The position numbers and the translations under genes were made by a program. Below the pieces are notes generated by a model. It made no database searches. It was not told the origin of the DNA and saw only the letters and a program-made list of their open reading frames with translations. 64,000 bases of DNA. Origin: a virus. Of the stretch, positions 1-9,480 are shown one piece after another (position 1 is the stretch's first letter; each line of letters opens with the position of its first letter). The stretch lies in the IMG/VR virus record IMGVR_UViG_3300025789_000028, positions 28,060 to 92,059 of that record; one strand, 5' to 3'.

Positions 1-12
1 GAGGCTGCTAAA

Positions 13-279
13 TTGGGCATCGATTTAGAACAAGAAACCACTGAAGAAGAATTAGAATCGTTGCCTCCCCGTTGCGTAATTGAAAAGCACGGTGATCAAC
101 TATATCTATACGACAAAGACACAAACGATTTTTATTGCCAAGCACGTAATCTAGAATCATTAGCAGAAGCATTATATAACAACCGCAAGATCGACCTTGC
201 TCATGTGGTTAACAATAACGATAAGATGTGGTTTGTTAAAGGTAAGATTAGTCAATCGGTAGTAATCAATGAAGGTTAA
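13..279 (+). CDS. hypothetical protein (may begin before the window)
   Basis: ORF track; overlaps start of next gene. Confidence 0.55.
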   Translation: MGIDLEQETTEEELESLPPRCVIEKHGDQLYLYDKDTNDFYCQARNLESLAEALYNNRKIDLAHVVNNNDKMWFVKGKISQSVVINEG

Positions 280-805
280 TTTAGGCAAATTCCCTAAAAC
301 ACAAGGGGCAAGAAAAATTGATATTGAGATTGAAAGTCATGACACATGGAGTCTTGACCACAGTTTAGCATACATTATTCTTCCTGCACTTATTCAATTA
401 AAAGAAACTAAACATGGAATCCCCGGCGAGTTTGCTGACGTAGGTGGAGAAGATTGGACTGACCAACAACCTCTTGACTTTTATAAAGAATCATATGCAG
501 AAGCATTTGAAGAAGGATGTAAGCGTTGGGATGAAGTGTTAGATAAAATGATCTGGAGCTTTCAACAACTTGCATTGGAAGACTATGATCAACTTTATCA
601 TCATGGCAAGGTTGAACTTGATTGGGAAAAAACTGATAAAACATTTCCTAATCCCGTAACAGGAGTTGATGAAGCTACGTATAGAATGGTAGATAAGAAT
701 CCCGATGAACATTGGTATGATAGTGTGGGTCATAAATTACATGAAGAACGCATCCAAGAAGGCATTGATTTGTTTGCAAAATATTACCGCAGTCTTTGGG
801 ATTGA
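269..805 (+). CDS. hypothetical phage protein
   Basis: 178 aa ORF in tight operon; no recognised motif. Confidence 0.7.
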   Translation: MKVNLGKFPKTQGARKIDIEIESHDTWSLDHSLAYIILPALIQLKETKHGIPGEFADVGGEDWTDQQPLDFYKESYAEAFEEGCKRWDEVLDKMIWSFQQLALEDYDQLYHHGKVELDWEKTDKTFPNPVTGVDEATYRMVDKNPDEHWYDSVGHKLHEERIQEGIDLFAKYYRSLWD

Positions 806-806
806 T

Positions 807-1079
807 ATGTTTAATACCATTGCTAAACAATTAGAATTACAGTCATTGGGTAAACATACTATTGATCAATCTGTTTCTACAGAAGAGTACGACCAATTTT
901 GCAAAGAATACATCTTTGATATGCTTAAAGACAACGAAGAAACGTTTGGTGAAGCGTTTTGTAAAAGATTTAATATACATAATTATGTACTAAGTACATT
1001 GCAAAGCAGAGAATCCGCAGATAAACACATAAAGAAATTTTATATAAATGACACACGTAGTAACAGAAAATTGCATTAA
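807..1079 (+). CDS. hypothetical protein
   Basis: ATG at 807 just after previous stop, in frame with track ORF 705..1079. Confidence 0.6.
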   Translation: MFNTIAKQLELQSLGKHTIDQSVSTEEYDQFCKEYIFDMLKDNEETFGEAFCKRFNIHNYVLSTLQSRESADKHIKKFYINDTRSNRKLH

Positions 1080-1374
1080 ATGTAAGCACACTGATTGTGT
1101 TAAGGTTTGCCCTGTAGATTGTTTCTACGAGGGCCCCAACTTTTTAGCAATCAATCCAGACGAATGTATTGACTGTGGGGTGTGTATTCCCGAATGCCCC
1201 ATTGATGCTATTGTAGTAGATAATGACAAGACTGTACCTAATCTACAGTTTTGGATTGACTTGAATGGTGAATTAGCAAGTAAGTGGCCCAATATCACTA
1301 AGCAAAAGCCTCCATTGCCCGATGCGGCTGAGTGGAAAAACAAGCCAAACAAAATTGATTTGCTAGAACGATGA
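1048..1374 (+). CDS. fdxA: 7Fe/dicluster ferredoxin (FdxA type)
   Basis: [18 protein letters not shown] and [12 protein letters not shown] motifs; C-terminal [15 protein letters not shown]. Confidence 0.93.
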   Translation: MTHVVTENCIKCKHTDCVKVCPVDCFYEGPNFLAINPDECIDCGVCIPECPIDAIVVDNDKTVPNLQFWIDLNGELASKWPNITKQKPPLPDAAEWKNKPNKIDLLER

Positions 1375-1859
1375 AACAAAAGTTTATTGACTACTTCATG
1401 AAGGTCGCAACTTTAACTAGTAATCTTAGTTATGCAAAGCGACTTCAAGTAGGTGCTGTTATTGTTAAGGGTGATAAAATCTTGGCAACGGGCTACAATG
1501 GTATGCCTACTGGTTGGGAAAACAATTGCGAAGATACTCAAACTACTTTTGATGAACGTGATACTTATAATTCCACAGACTGGAAGTATGATGAGATAAA
1601 GAAACAATACTATAGGTTAAAGACTAAACCAGAAGTATTGCACGCCGAAAGTAACGCAATCGCTAAAGTGTCCAGGTCTACTGAAAGTAGCGAAGGAGCC
1701 ACACTATTTTGCACTCATGCACCTTGTAGAGACTGTGCCAAACTGATTTATCAAGCAGGCATATCCAAAGTCTATTACAAAGAAAAATACAGGGACGACA
1801 GAGGTCTAAACTTTTTGCGTTTAGGTGAGGTCGAAGTAATTGAGTACGACAAGTTATAA
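1371..1859 (+). CDS. dCMP deaminase
   Basis: VGAVIV...GYNG, HAESNAI and PCxxC zinc motifs. Confidence 0.92.
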   Translation: MKQKFIDYFMKVATLTSNLSYAKRLQVGAVIVKGDKILATGYNGMPTGWENNCEDTQTTFDERDTYNSTDWKYDEIKKQYYRLKTKPEVLHAESNAIAKVSRSTESSEGATLFCTHAPCRDCAKLIYQAGISKVYYKEKYRDDRGLNFLRLGEVEVIEYDKL

Positions 1860-2037
1860 TACTTCAATTGAAATTCCTTGGGGGCACTTGCGTGAAATCA
1901 TTGACTGGTGCGAAACCAATTGTGAATTAGATTGGCATTTTCAAGTAATCAATGCTGCAGGAACAACCCCGGGTAGATATTCTTTTATGTTTGATTCGGA
2001 AAAAGATTATGTTAATTTTTTGATTTGGAAGAAATAA
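1840..2037 (+). CDS. hypothetical protein
   Basis: 65 aa ORF, operon continuity. Confidence 0.55.
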   Translation: MSTTSYNTSIEIPWGHLREIIDWCETNCELDWHFQVINAAGTTPGRYSFMFDSEKDYVNFLIWKK

Positions 2038-2304
2038 ATGAAAACATTCATGTTTAAAAGAGAGTCAGACGACTTCAAGGATATATTGAATGACAAGAAT
2101 GTTAAAAAGTACATAAAGACTAAGATATCTTTTTACCAACATCTTATTATTCAAGTAGAAGAAAAAGATGTTACTAAGGTTGAAGCATATATCTTGTTAA
2201 TGTACGGGGACGAGTTGCAAAACTTTAACAAACTCATCCCTGATCGTAGTCCAGTAATGTACAAAGATTACTGGCCTAATAAGCCTAAAAAGATTGTGCA
2301 TTAA
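2038..2304 (+). CDS. hypothetical protein
   Basis: 88 aa ORF abutting previous stop. Confidence 0.6.
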   Translation: MKTFMFKRESDDFKDILNDKNVKKYIKTKISFYQHLIIQVEEKDVTKVEAYILLMYGDELQNFNKLIPDRSPVMYKDYWPNKPKKIVH

Positions 2305-2891
2305 AACCAGAGGAACAATCCTTGGCTTGCTAGTAATACGCCAATAGCCGCAACTACAAAACTACCCCAGAACATACTCATGCTAACTGCCAAGATACTA
2401 GCAGACAATATTACAATGCTTAATTGGAATGCTGTGCTTGCATAACTAATCCATGGGCTACGAGTTTTGGCATCATTACGTGCATCTTCTAATTTATGAG
2501 CCTTAGCCAATAATTCTTTTTTACCTTCACCAGTTGCAGGATCGCTTTCATAACGTTGAATCTTTGCTTGCAACTTTTCAATCTTTGCTGTATCTTTACG
2601 TAGAACTGCATCATCCAAACTTTGTTCTGCTAGTGTTTGCTTGATTGATTTTGCTTGATAGAAACTATAAGTGTCGCTGGCTTGAATAGTATTAGTCAAT
2701 ACAGTACCGCTTAATTTACCAGCATACCATGAATTTAGTGCAAGCAACAATGCAAATACGTTAATTACCATACCAGCTTTGTCTTTAATCTTTGCTTCAC
2801 GTTCACTACGACTGCCCGGTGCAGGTTTAGGTGCGCTAGGGTCTTTAGGTTGTTTTGTAATTAAGTTTAGTACTGAGTCTAATAACGCCAT
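2301..2891 (-). CDS. DUF4337-like membrane protein
   Basis: ASDTYSFYQAKSIKQ motif; N- and C-terminal hydrophobic helices; SD GGAG. Confidence 0.75.
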   Translation of the reverse strand: MALLDSVLNLITKQPKDPSAPKPAPGSRSEREAKIKDKAGMVINVFALLLALNSWYAGKLSGTVLTNTIQASDTYSFYQAKSIKQTLAEQSLDDAVLRKDTAKIEKLQAKIQRYESDPATGEGKKELLAKAHKLEDARNDAKTRSPWISYASTAFQLSIVILSASILAVSMSMFWGSFVVAAIGVLLASQGLFLWF

Positions 2892-2972
2892 GATGTTCTC
2901 CTAATATTGTTGTTATTTTGTATTTATGCTTGACACCGTCATTAACATCTGCTATAATGATAAATATAAACT

Positions 2973-3527
2973 ATGAAGATAACTGAAGTATTAATGGAAG
3001 AAACTACCAACAAAAAGCCACACTTGTACCTAGACATGGATGGTGTGCAAGCCGATTTTTTTGGGCGTTGGGCTGAGATTGAGGGTGTGCCTCATTACTC
3101 ACATATCAATGACCACGAAGCAGCCATTGGTAGACTTGCCAAAGCAGGGCCCGAAAAAGTATATGACTTCTTTAAAAACTTAGAACCACTACAAGGTGGA
3201 CTAAAAATCATTAGCTGGTTGCATCAACATCATATTCCTTTTACTGTGTTAAGCGCACCATTAAGAATGGAAGGTGCAGCAAGCATCAAGGGCAAACGTG
3301 AATGGTTGGACAAATACAATCCGGGCACTAGTGGAAATGCAATTTTTACATCAGCCAAATACAAATATGCTACTGACAAAGACGGAAACCCCAATGTGTT
3401 AGTAGACGATTACGGCAAATATCTTAATGCCTGGCGTGATCATGGTGGTATTGCTATCAAGCATGAAGATGGTAATACCGAACATACTATCCGTGAATTA
3501 GAAAAGATTTACCTAAAAGATAAATAA
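2973..3527 (+). CDS. 5'(3')-deoxyribonucleotidase, HAD family
   Basis: YLDMDGV, KREWL and LVDD motifs. Confidence 0.85.
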   Translation: MKITEVLMEETTNKKPHLYLDMDGVQADFFGRWAEIEGVPHYSHINDHEAAIGRLAKAGPEKVYDFFKNLEPLQGGLKIISWLHQHHIPFTVLSAPLRMEGAASIKGKREWLDKYNPGTSGNAIFTSAKYKYATDKDGNPNVLVDDYGKYLNAWRDHGGIAIKHEDGNTEHTIRELEKIYLKDK

Positions 3528-3531
3528 TAGT

Positions 3532-3978
3532 ATGAGTAATATACAACAATTAATGGAAAGTTTGGATCGTCTTAGTGACGAAGCCACATTGGCTATTCAA
3601 CTACACGACAGTTTTGATATTGAACTGGGCGAACATTTTGTTATTGAAACAGGTGTTGTAGGATTTACTGATGACGGTATCATCTTAGAATCTGACGATG
3701 ATATGCTAGAATACTTGTCATTGCATGACATGCTCACAGAAGCAGAATATCAGGGACGCAAAGTTCCATTAGGCAAGCCTATGCAAGGCGATGTCAAAAA
3801 GAGCAAAGTATATGTGCGCAAGCCAAATGGCAAAGTAGTCAAAGTTAACTTTGGCGACAAGAACATGCGTATCAAAAAGAACAGTCCGGGCCATCGTAAA
3901 TCATTTCGTGCCCGTCATCACTGTGAAAATCCCGGGCCACGTTGGAAGGCACGTTATTGGTCATGCCGCGCTTGGTGA
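3532..3978 (+). CDS. hypothetical phage protein with basic C-terminal domain
   Basis: C-terminus KVNFGD...RKSFRARHHC...ARYWSCRAW. Confidence 0.7.
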   Translation: MSNIQQLMESLDRLSDEATLAIQLHDSFDIELGEHFVIETGVVGFTDDGIILESDDDMLEYLSLHDMLTEAEYQGRKVPLGKPMQGDVKKSKVYVRKPNGKVVKVNFGDKNMRIKKNSPGHRKSFRARHHCENPGPRWKARYWSCRAW

Positions 3979-4031
3979 TCAGTTTACCCGTTATCATTGA
4001 CCTTAGTCACCACACTCTATAAAATATAAGC

Positions 4032-4214
4032 ATGGCAACTAAACCAGGTCAAGATCAAACACGCTACGAAGTTATTACCCAAGAAGATAATGAATCGGGG
4101 GATATGATTATCCCTCTTCCCATGGTCCTATTAGAACAATTAGGCTGGAAAGAAGGCGATAACTTAGAGATCGGTTTTGACAAAGACGGCCAAATTTTCT
4201 TAAAAAAGGGATAA
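4032..4214 (+). CDS. AbrB/MazE-like small DNA-binding protein
   Basis: GDMIIPLP..LLEQLGWKEGD pattern. Confidence 0.7.
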   Translation: MATKPGQDQTRYEVITQEDNESGDMIIPLPMVLLEQLGWKEGDNLEIGFDKDGQIFLKKG

Positions 4215-4218
4215 CAAA

Positions 4219-4821
4219 ATGAACGACAACGATACAATTACAATTACCTCGGCCTTATCAGCGGATGACCTATATGGATCAACAGGCGCTATGGGTGCTA
4301 CTGTTAGTGTGACAGATCACTGGGGTTATGGTAACTTAACAAGTCTTACTCCTGCAAGTATTCCTCCCCTTACTACACAATCAATTGCAAGTTTGTCTAC
4401 TACATTAGGAAATGTGTCCAATGTTACCGGTGGGTTAACTGCTAGTACAACTGTAACCGGGGCATCACCCTATTATTATGGTAATTTGTCTAACGTAGGT
4501 CAATCAGGACAAGTTCTTACGACAAATGGTACTGGTAACTATGGTTGGAACTATGCTAATGTAACATTAAACCCAAACACATACTTAAACGGACATTCAC
4601 TAAAGGTAGCTGGCAATGCTGACTTTGATGGTGATGTAACTGTCAAGGGTAAAAGTTTAATGCAGACATTAGAAAAGATTGAACAAAAATTAGCAATCTT
4701 TAAACAGAATCCTGAACTTGAAGAAAAGTGGGATGAATTGCGTGAACTTGCAGAAAAATACAAGGCACTAGAAAAAGACATCATTGAAAAGGAAAAGATG
4801 TGGGATATACTAAAGAAATGA
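4219..4821 (+). CDS. hypothetical protein (low-complexity N-terminus, coiled-coil C-terminus)
   Basis: 200 aa ORF. Confidence 0.7.
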   Translation: MNDNDTITITSALSADDLYGSTGAMGATVSVTDHWGYGNLTSLTPASIPPLTTQSIASLSTTLGNVSNVTGGLTASTTVTGASPYYYGNLSNVGQSGQVLTTNGTGNYGWNYANVTLNPNTYLNGHSLKVAGNADFDGDVTVKGKSLMQTLEKIEQKLAIFKQNPELEEKWDELRELAEKYKALEKDIIEKEKMWDILKK

Positions 4822-4837
4822 TTGAGCAATAAGTTAT

Positions 4838-5053
4838 ATGGCTAAAGAAACAGGTATTAAAATAGAAGGGCAGGTAGTTGACGTTCAAAGGAACGCCGTC
4901 TTTACTGTGAAACTAGATACAGGGCATACTGTGATAGGACATGTTTCTGGCAAAATGCGTCAGCACGAAATTCGCATATTGTTAGGCGACAAAGTAGAAA
5001 TGGAAATGAGTCCTTACGACATGAGTAAGGGCAGAATCGTAAGAAGAAAATAA
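4838..5053 (+). CDS. infA: translation initiation factor IF-1
   Basis: MAKE..IEG.V...F.V.L..GH......SGKMR...[19 protein letters not shown]. Confidence 0.96.
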   Translation: MAKETGIKIEGQVVDVQRNAVFTVKLDTGHTVIGHVSGKMRQHEIRILLGDKVEMEMSPYDMSKGRIVRRK

Positions 5054-5703
5054 TGGAATTAATTAAACCATTTGGTCCTGAAATAGGACATACTCAAATT
5101 AGTGACGAAGACAACAATACTCTACTAGAGATAATTGAAAAAAATAAAGATGACCCGACGAAAAGGACCACCAATCTAGTATCAGGGTACATTGATTGGG
5201 TATTCACAATTAGAGATTCACTACCCCCTAAATTTGTAAACACTATTGCAAAATTAGTCGCAGAATATGCTAATAATGCTACATCATTGTATTCGCCGGA
5301 TATACGAATAAATTCTCAAGAATTAACTTGTGTCTCCGCTTGGTGCAACATACAAGAATCAAGTGAATTTCACCTCATACATACTCATCCCATTAATGAT
5401 TTAGTTTGTGTTATATACCCCAAAGTAGATATCCCTCACAAAAAATCAATATATGATGAGGCTCTTGGGTCTGATGTTCTTAAGCCTGGCAGCATTGTGT
5501 TTCAACACGGTGCGACAGTAAACAATTTTGGTTCTAGTATGCATACTGTTTTTCCTAAAACAAAGGATGTTTACATATTCCCTTCTGACATGCCACATTA
5601 TACTATTCCGGTATGGGATGAAAATTATTCTAGACTTTCTGTGAGTTTTAATTTTGTATTCAATGACCTATTTTATCAAAGAAGAAAACTTCACGGGTAT
5701 TGA
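5053..5703 (+). CDS. putative 2OG-Fe(II) oxygenase
   Basis: WCN...HxH, IFPSDMPH, RLSVSFN. Confidence 0.75.
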   Translation: MELIKPFGPEIGHTQISDEDNNTLLEIIEKNKDDPTKRTTNLVSGYIDWVFTIRDSLPPKFVNTIAKLVAEYANNATSLYSPDIRINSQELTCVSAWCNIQESSEFHLIHTHPINDLVCVIYPKVDIPHKKSIYDEALGSDVLKPGSIVFQHGATVNNFGSSMHTVFPKTKDVYIFPSDMPHYTIPVWDENYSRLSVSFNFVFNDLFYQRRKLHGY

Positions 5704-6329
5704 TAATGCAATTTGTTGATGGCTTAATGGGCAACGATCCTGACACGGGTCTATATAATTCTAATGGACATAGATGCAAAGAGTTGTCAGAATTAAACCT
5801 ACAAAATTATATATTGTTTGTAGGTGATAACGCTAATCTTGCACTAGACTTACCCATTGAAAAAACATATCCATATCTGATAGCAAATGAACTAAAATCT
5901 GACTATTACAATCTCAGCGTATTCAATGGTGGCATGGACAGTATACGATATAACTTAGTATCTTGGTATTTTAAGTTTAAACAACGACCCAAAGCAATTA
6001 TTGCAGGATGTGAATTTTTAAATTCAATAATAGTTAGTGATACTGATAACACCTATTTTAAATCAGCAGACTACAATGATGATGCAATCCAAGAACTATC
6101 TCATAACGGAAATATATGTGGATTTTTTAACGGAAGAAACGAACTAGCAAACAATATCTTTTATCACTTGATATACACACCGATTTATCAAATTAGGTTT
6201 AAAGAAAAACTACCAATTTTTACCTCTGAAAAAGTTATTGATATTAAATGTGAATTTAATGATCAAGTTGGCATAGCAACATCTATTTCAAACGAAATAA
6301 AAAAACGTTCAACACAAGCAAGACCATAA
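5700..6329 (+). CDS. SGNH-like hypothetical protein, paralogue of next gene
   Basis: YNSNGHR...YILFVGD...EKTYP...YYNL. Confidence 0.6.
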   Translation: MIMQFVDGLMGNDPDTGLYNSNGHRCKELSELNLQNYILFVGDNANLALDLPIEKTYPYLIANELKSDYYNLSVFNGGMDSIRYNLVSWYFKFKQRPKAIIAGCEFLNSIIVSDTDNTYFKSADYNDDAIQELSHNGNICGFFNGRNELANNIFYHLIYTPIYQIRFKEKLPIFTSEKVIDIKCEFNDQVGIATSISNEIKKRSTQARP

Positions 6330-7072
6330 TGCAATTTAATAAAAATTTTATAGGTAATCCTTGGCCCAATAAAATTATGAATTTTTTGTGGGGTACTGAT
6401 AGTCAAGAACTGTATTTAAAAAATGCAGAGACTCAACCAACCGACTGGTATTACAGGGATCGTGAACTTATATATTCTTATAATGAATATGGACATCGAA
6501 GTAAAAACATAAGTGATATAGATTTAGACAATTACATATTATTTACCGGATGTAGTCATACCGAAGGTGTAGGTTTAGAATTAGAAAAAACTTACCCCTA
6601 TCAAGTGGCACAAAAGTTAGGGTGCGATTATTATAATCTTGGATTAGGTGGCACTGGCATAGATGTAGTTGAGCATAATTTAATACAATGGTTTTTAACT
6701 GTGCAAAAGAAACCTAAACACTTGTTTATTCAATGGCCTGATCATAGTAGATTTATATCTCAAAATAACAATCCTAGATATACCAATCTAGTAGAAGAAG
6801 GAACTTGGGCCAAACCTAATAGTGAAACTTTTAGATTTATCGTCGGTGCTGAGGAATCTGGATTTAATTTTGCTAGAAAAGAATTATACAAACGTCTTAT
6901 ATTAGAAATAGCTAACTGCCCTGTAACAACAGTGGGGGCATCATCCAACATGCCATATGATTCGTCTAGTATCTACTTATTTCAAAAAGATTTAGCCAGA
7001 GACTTATCACATTTTGGTAATATATCTCATCGTGCATTAGCAGATGATATTTTGAGTTCTATTATTGTATAA
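6329..7072 (+). CDS. SGNH/GDSL-like protein
   Basis: GCSHTEGVG block I; C-terminal ARDLSHFG. Confidence 0.65.
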   Translation: MQFNKNFIGNPWPNKIMNFLWGTDSQELYLKNAETQPTDWYYRDRELIYSYNEYGHRSKNISDIDLDNYILFTGCSHTEGVGLELEKTYPYQVAQKLGCDYYNLGLGGTGIDVVEHNLIQWFLTVQKKPKHLFIQWPDHSRFISQNNNPRYTNLVEEGTWAKPNSETFRFIVGAEESGFNFARKELYKRLILEIANCPVTTVGASSNMPYDSSSIYLFQKDLARDLSHFGNISHRALADDILSSIIV

Positions 7073-7079
7073 ATACAAT

Positions 7080-7634
7080 ATGCGTGATATTATTACATTA
7101 CTTGAGGAAAAAGCTAAGCCTCAAGACATAGAAATCATCCCACTCAATTTCACACCCAATGAAGTTGAACCCATAATGGGCAAGGATACCCTTGAATTGC
7201 ACTATGACAAACTTGCTAAGGGCTACGCAAAACGATTTAACGACAAAGAGGGTGATCCTACATTCAACTATGCAGGAGCATTTTTACATAACATGTGGTT
7301 CCCACAGTTCCGTGAAGTTCGTACTAATAATAAACCAAACGGCCCTATGTTAGGTTTTATCAACAAACATTTCAAGAGTTACGACCAATTCAAAAATGAG
7401 TTTGAAACTCTAGCAATGACAATTCAAGGCTCAGGTTGGGTCTATCTAGCATATGATGGTAAACTAAAAACTATCAAAAACCATGAAGTACGTGATGACA
7501 TACTATTGCTTGTAGACTGGTGGGAACATGCCTGGATATTAGACTACGGCAGTGATAAGAAAAAGTATCTAAAAGAACTTTGGAAGATTATTAATTGGAA
7601 CGTTATTAACACACGATGGGGTAAAAGTTTATGA
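7080..7634 (+). CDS. Fe/Mn superoxide dismutase
   Basis: LHYDKL..GY, FLHN, QGSGW, DWWEHAW metal ligands. Confidence 0.9.
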   Translation: MRDIITLLEEKAKPQDIEIIPLNFTPNEVEPIMGKDTLELHYDKLAKGYAKRFNDKEGDPTFNYAGAFLHNMWFPQFREVRTNNKPNGPMLGFINKHFKSYDQFKNEFETLAMTIQGSGWVYLAYDGKLKTIKNHEVRDDILLLVDWWEHAWILDYGSDKKKYLKELWKIINWNVINTRWGKSL

Positions 7635-7954
7635 TTACAGTAACCGAATCAGCACAAGAAAAAATTAAACAAGTTTTGTCAGAGGAAGGCCCTACAGCCA
7701 AACTACGAATGTTCATTCAAGGTGGCGGATGCGCTGGCTTTAGTTATGGATTTGCAATTGAAGACGATCAAAACGATGATGATTTTGTAGTTCCTGCAGG
7801 CCCGTCAACTATTTTAATAGATGCAATGTCTATTGAATATCTAAGAGGTGCAACCGTAGACTTTAAAGATGACCTAGAAGGTTCACGTTTCGCAATTGTT
7901 AATCCTCAGGCGACAAGCACATGCGGATGTGGCTCAAGTTTCTCAGCTGGATAA
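7631..7954 (+). CDS. erpA: A-type Fe-S carrier protein (ErpA/IscA)
   Basis: GGGCAGFSY and TCGCGSSF motifs. Confidence 0.9.
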   Translation: MITVTESAQEKIKQVLSEEGPTAKLRMFIQGGGCAGFSYGFAIEDDQNDDDFVVPAGPSTILIDAMSIEYLRGATVDFKDDLEGSRFAIVNPQATSTCGCGSSFSAG

Positions 7955-8322
7955 TACTTGTATTGGCATTTAATAGTGCCTATGCTCAGTCACGTTCTTG
8001 GACTGATGAAGAAATATTATGGGGCGCGGCTGCAGGTTCTGCTCTAGTAATTGATTATAGCCAAACAACATGGGCTGCAAAACATAATTGGGGTCCAACT
8101 GCGCAACACCATAATGGTATTCATGAAAATAACTTTTTATTAGGAAAAAGTCCGTCAACTGCCAAAGTTAATAATTATTTTGCAACAGTTACTCCATTAT
8201 TATTCTTTGCGGCAGACCGTTGTCCAGAGTATCGTAAGCCAATTTTAATAGCAATAACTGTGCTAGAAAGCGTAGTTATTGTTAACAACAACATAAATGT
8301 GGGAATGCAATTTAGTTTCTGA
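7921..8322 (+). CDS. exported/membrane hypothetical protein
   Basis: signal peptide ending AYA; C-terminal Phe. Confidence 0.6.
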   Translation: MRMWLKFLSWIILVLAFNSAYAQSRSWTDEEILWGAAAGSALVIDYSQTTWAAKHNWGPTAQHHNGIHENNFLLGKSPSTAKVNNYFATVTPLLFFAADRCPEYRKPILIAITVLESVVIVNNNINVGMQFSF

Positions 8323-8349
8323 CTGATAAATACAGTATAAGGGCTAAAA

Positions 8350-9456
8350 ATGAGCATACCAAATCAACAGAACATTAATATTGGGCTTCCAAACGAATCT
8401 ATCGGAAGCGATTCATTATTCACGGCATTTACAAAAACACAAGACAACTTCAGTCAGTTATTTTCTTGTGCTAGTCCATACGTATCATTCATAGGTAACA
8501 CCGGCATCAATACCAGTGCTAATGTTAGCAACGGATCAATTACTATTACTAACACCGGTGTCACAGAATTAGTTGCTGGTACAGGGGTTACATTGTCAGG
8601 AAACACCGGGGTCGTTACTATTTCTAGTAGCGGTGGTGGTAATGGCGGCGGCGGAACCGTAACAAGCATAGCTGTAATTCCAGTGTCAAACACACGACTA
8701 ACTGTGTCAGGAAGTCCTATCGTATCAGAAGGCAATATATATGTAGATTTAGCGACAAGCAATGTTAGTGCTGGTACATATACAAATCCAACAGTTACAG
8801 TAGATGCATATGGAAGAATCACTAGTGCTTCAAACAACACAGTATCAGGTACTGTTACGAGCATTGGATTGACTCCTGGACCGGGCATACAAATCAACGG
8901 TGGACCAATCACAAGCAATGGTAACATTACTGTTACTAACACAGGTGTTACAAGATTAAATCAAGGTCCTGGTATTGCATTGTCAGGTGGCAACGGTAAC
9001 GTTACTATTAGTGCAACTACATTAGGTGGAACAGTAACAGGTGTAAGCGTAGCAAGTAACGCATTAGTGGTTACAGGAAGTCCAGTAACTACATCAGGTA
9101 CTATCACAGTTGATTTGCCAGCAAATGTTCCTGTGACAGGACAACTATTACTAAGTGGTAGTGATAATTTAGGTAACGGTGCTGCCGCAAACTTAAATGT
9201 AACAGCAAGTTATTTCTCAACATCAGGTGGTCCTTATACAGCAACATTAGCCGCAGGTACAACAGGACAAATCAAAACATTTATGTGTGCAAGTCATGCG
9301 TTGGGATATGACATGGTAATCACAGTTACTAACGCAGGATGGAAATCAAGCGGTACCGGAACAATCACATTTACTGCTACAGGACAAGGATGCACTCTTC
9401 AATATATTAATAGTAAGTGGTTCTGTATTGGCAACAACGGCACAACATTCGCATAA
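8350..9456 (+). CDS. virion fibre/structural protein
   Basis: Gly/Thr-rich repeats (GTVTSI, TVDAYGRITSAS); ATAAATA motif upstream. Confidence 0.75.
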   Translation: MSIPNQQNINIGLPNESIGSDSLFTAFTKTQDNFSQLFSCASPYVSFIGNTGINTSANVSNGSITITNTGVTELVAGTGVTLSGNTGVVTISSSGGGNGGGGTVTSIAVIPVSNTRLTVSGSPIVSEGNIYVDLATSNVSAGTYTNPTVTVDAYGRITSASNNTVSGTVTSIGLTPGPGIQINGGPITSNGNITVTNTGVTRLNQGPGIALSGGNGNVTISATTLGGTVTGVSVASNALVVTGSPVTTSGTITVDLPANVPVTGQLLLSGSDNLGNGAAANLNVTASYFSTSGGPYTATLAAGTTGQIKTFMCASHALGYDMVITVTNAGWKSSGTGTITFTATGQGCTLQYINSKWFCIGNNGTTFA

Positions 9457-9480
9457 TAAGAATAATAGGAATTATAGACC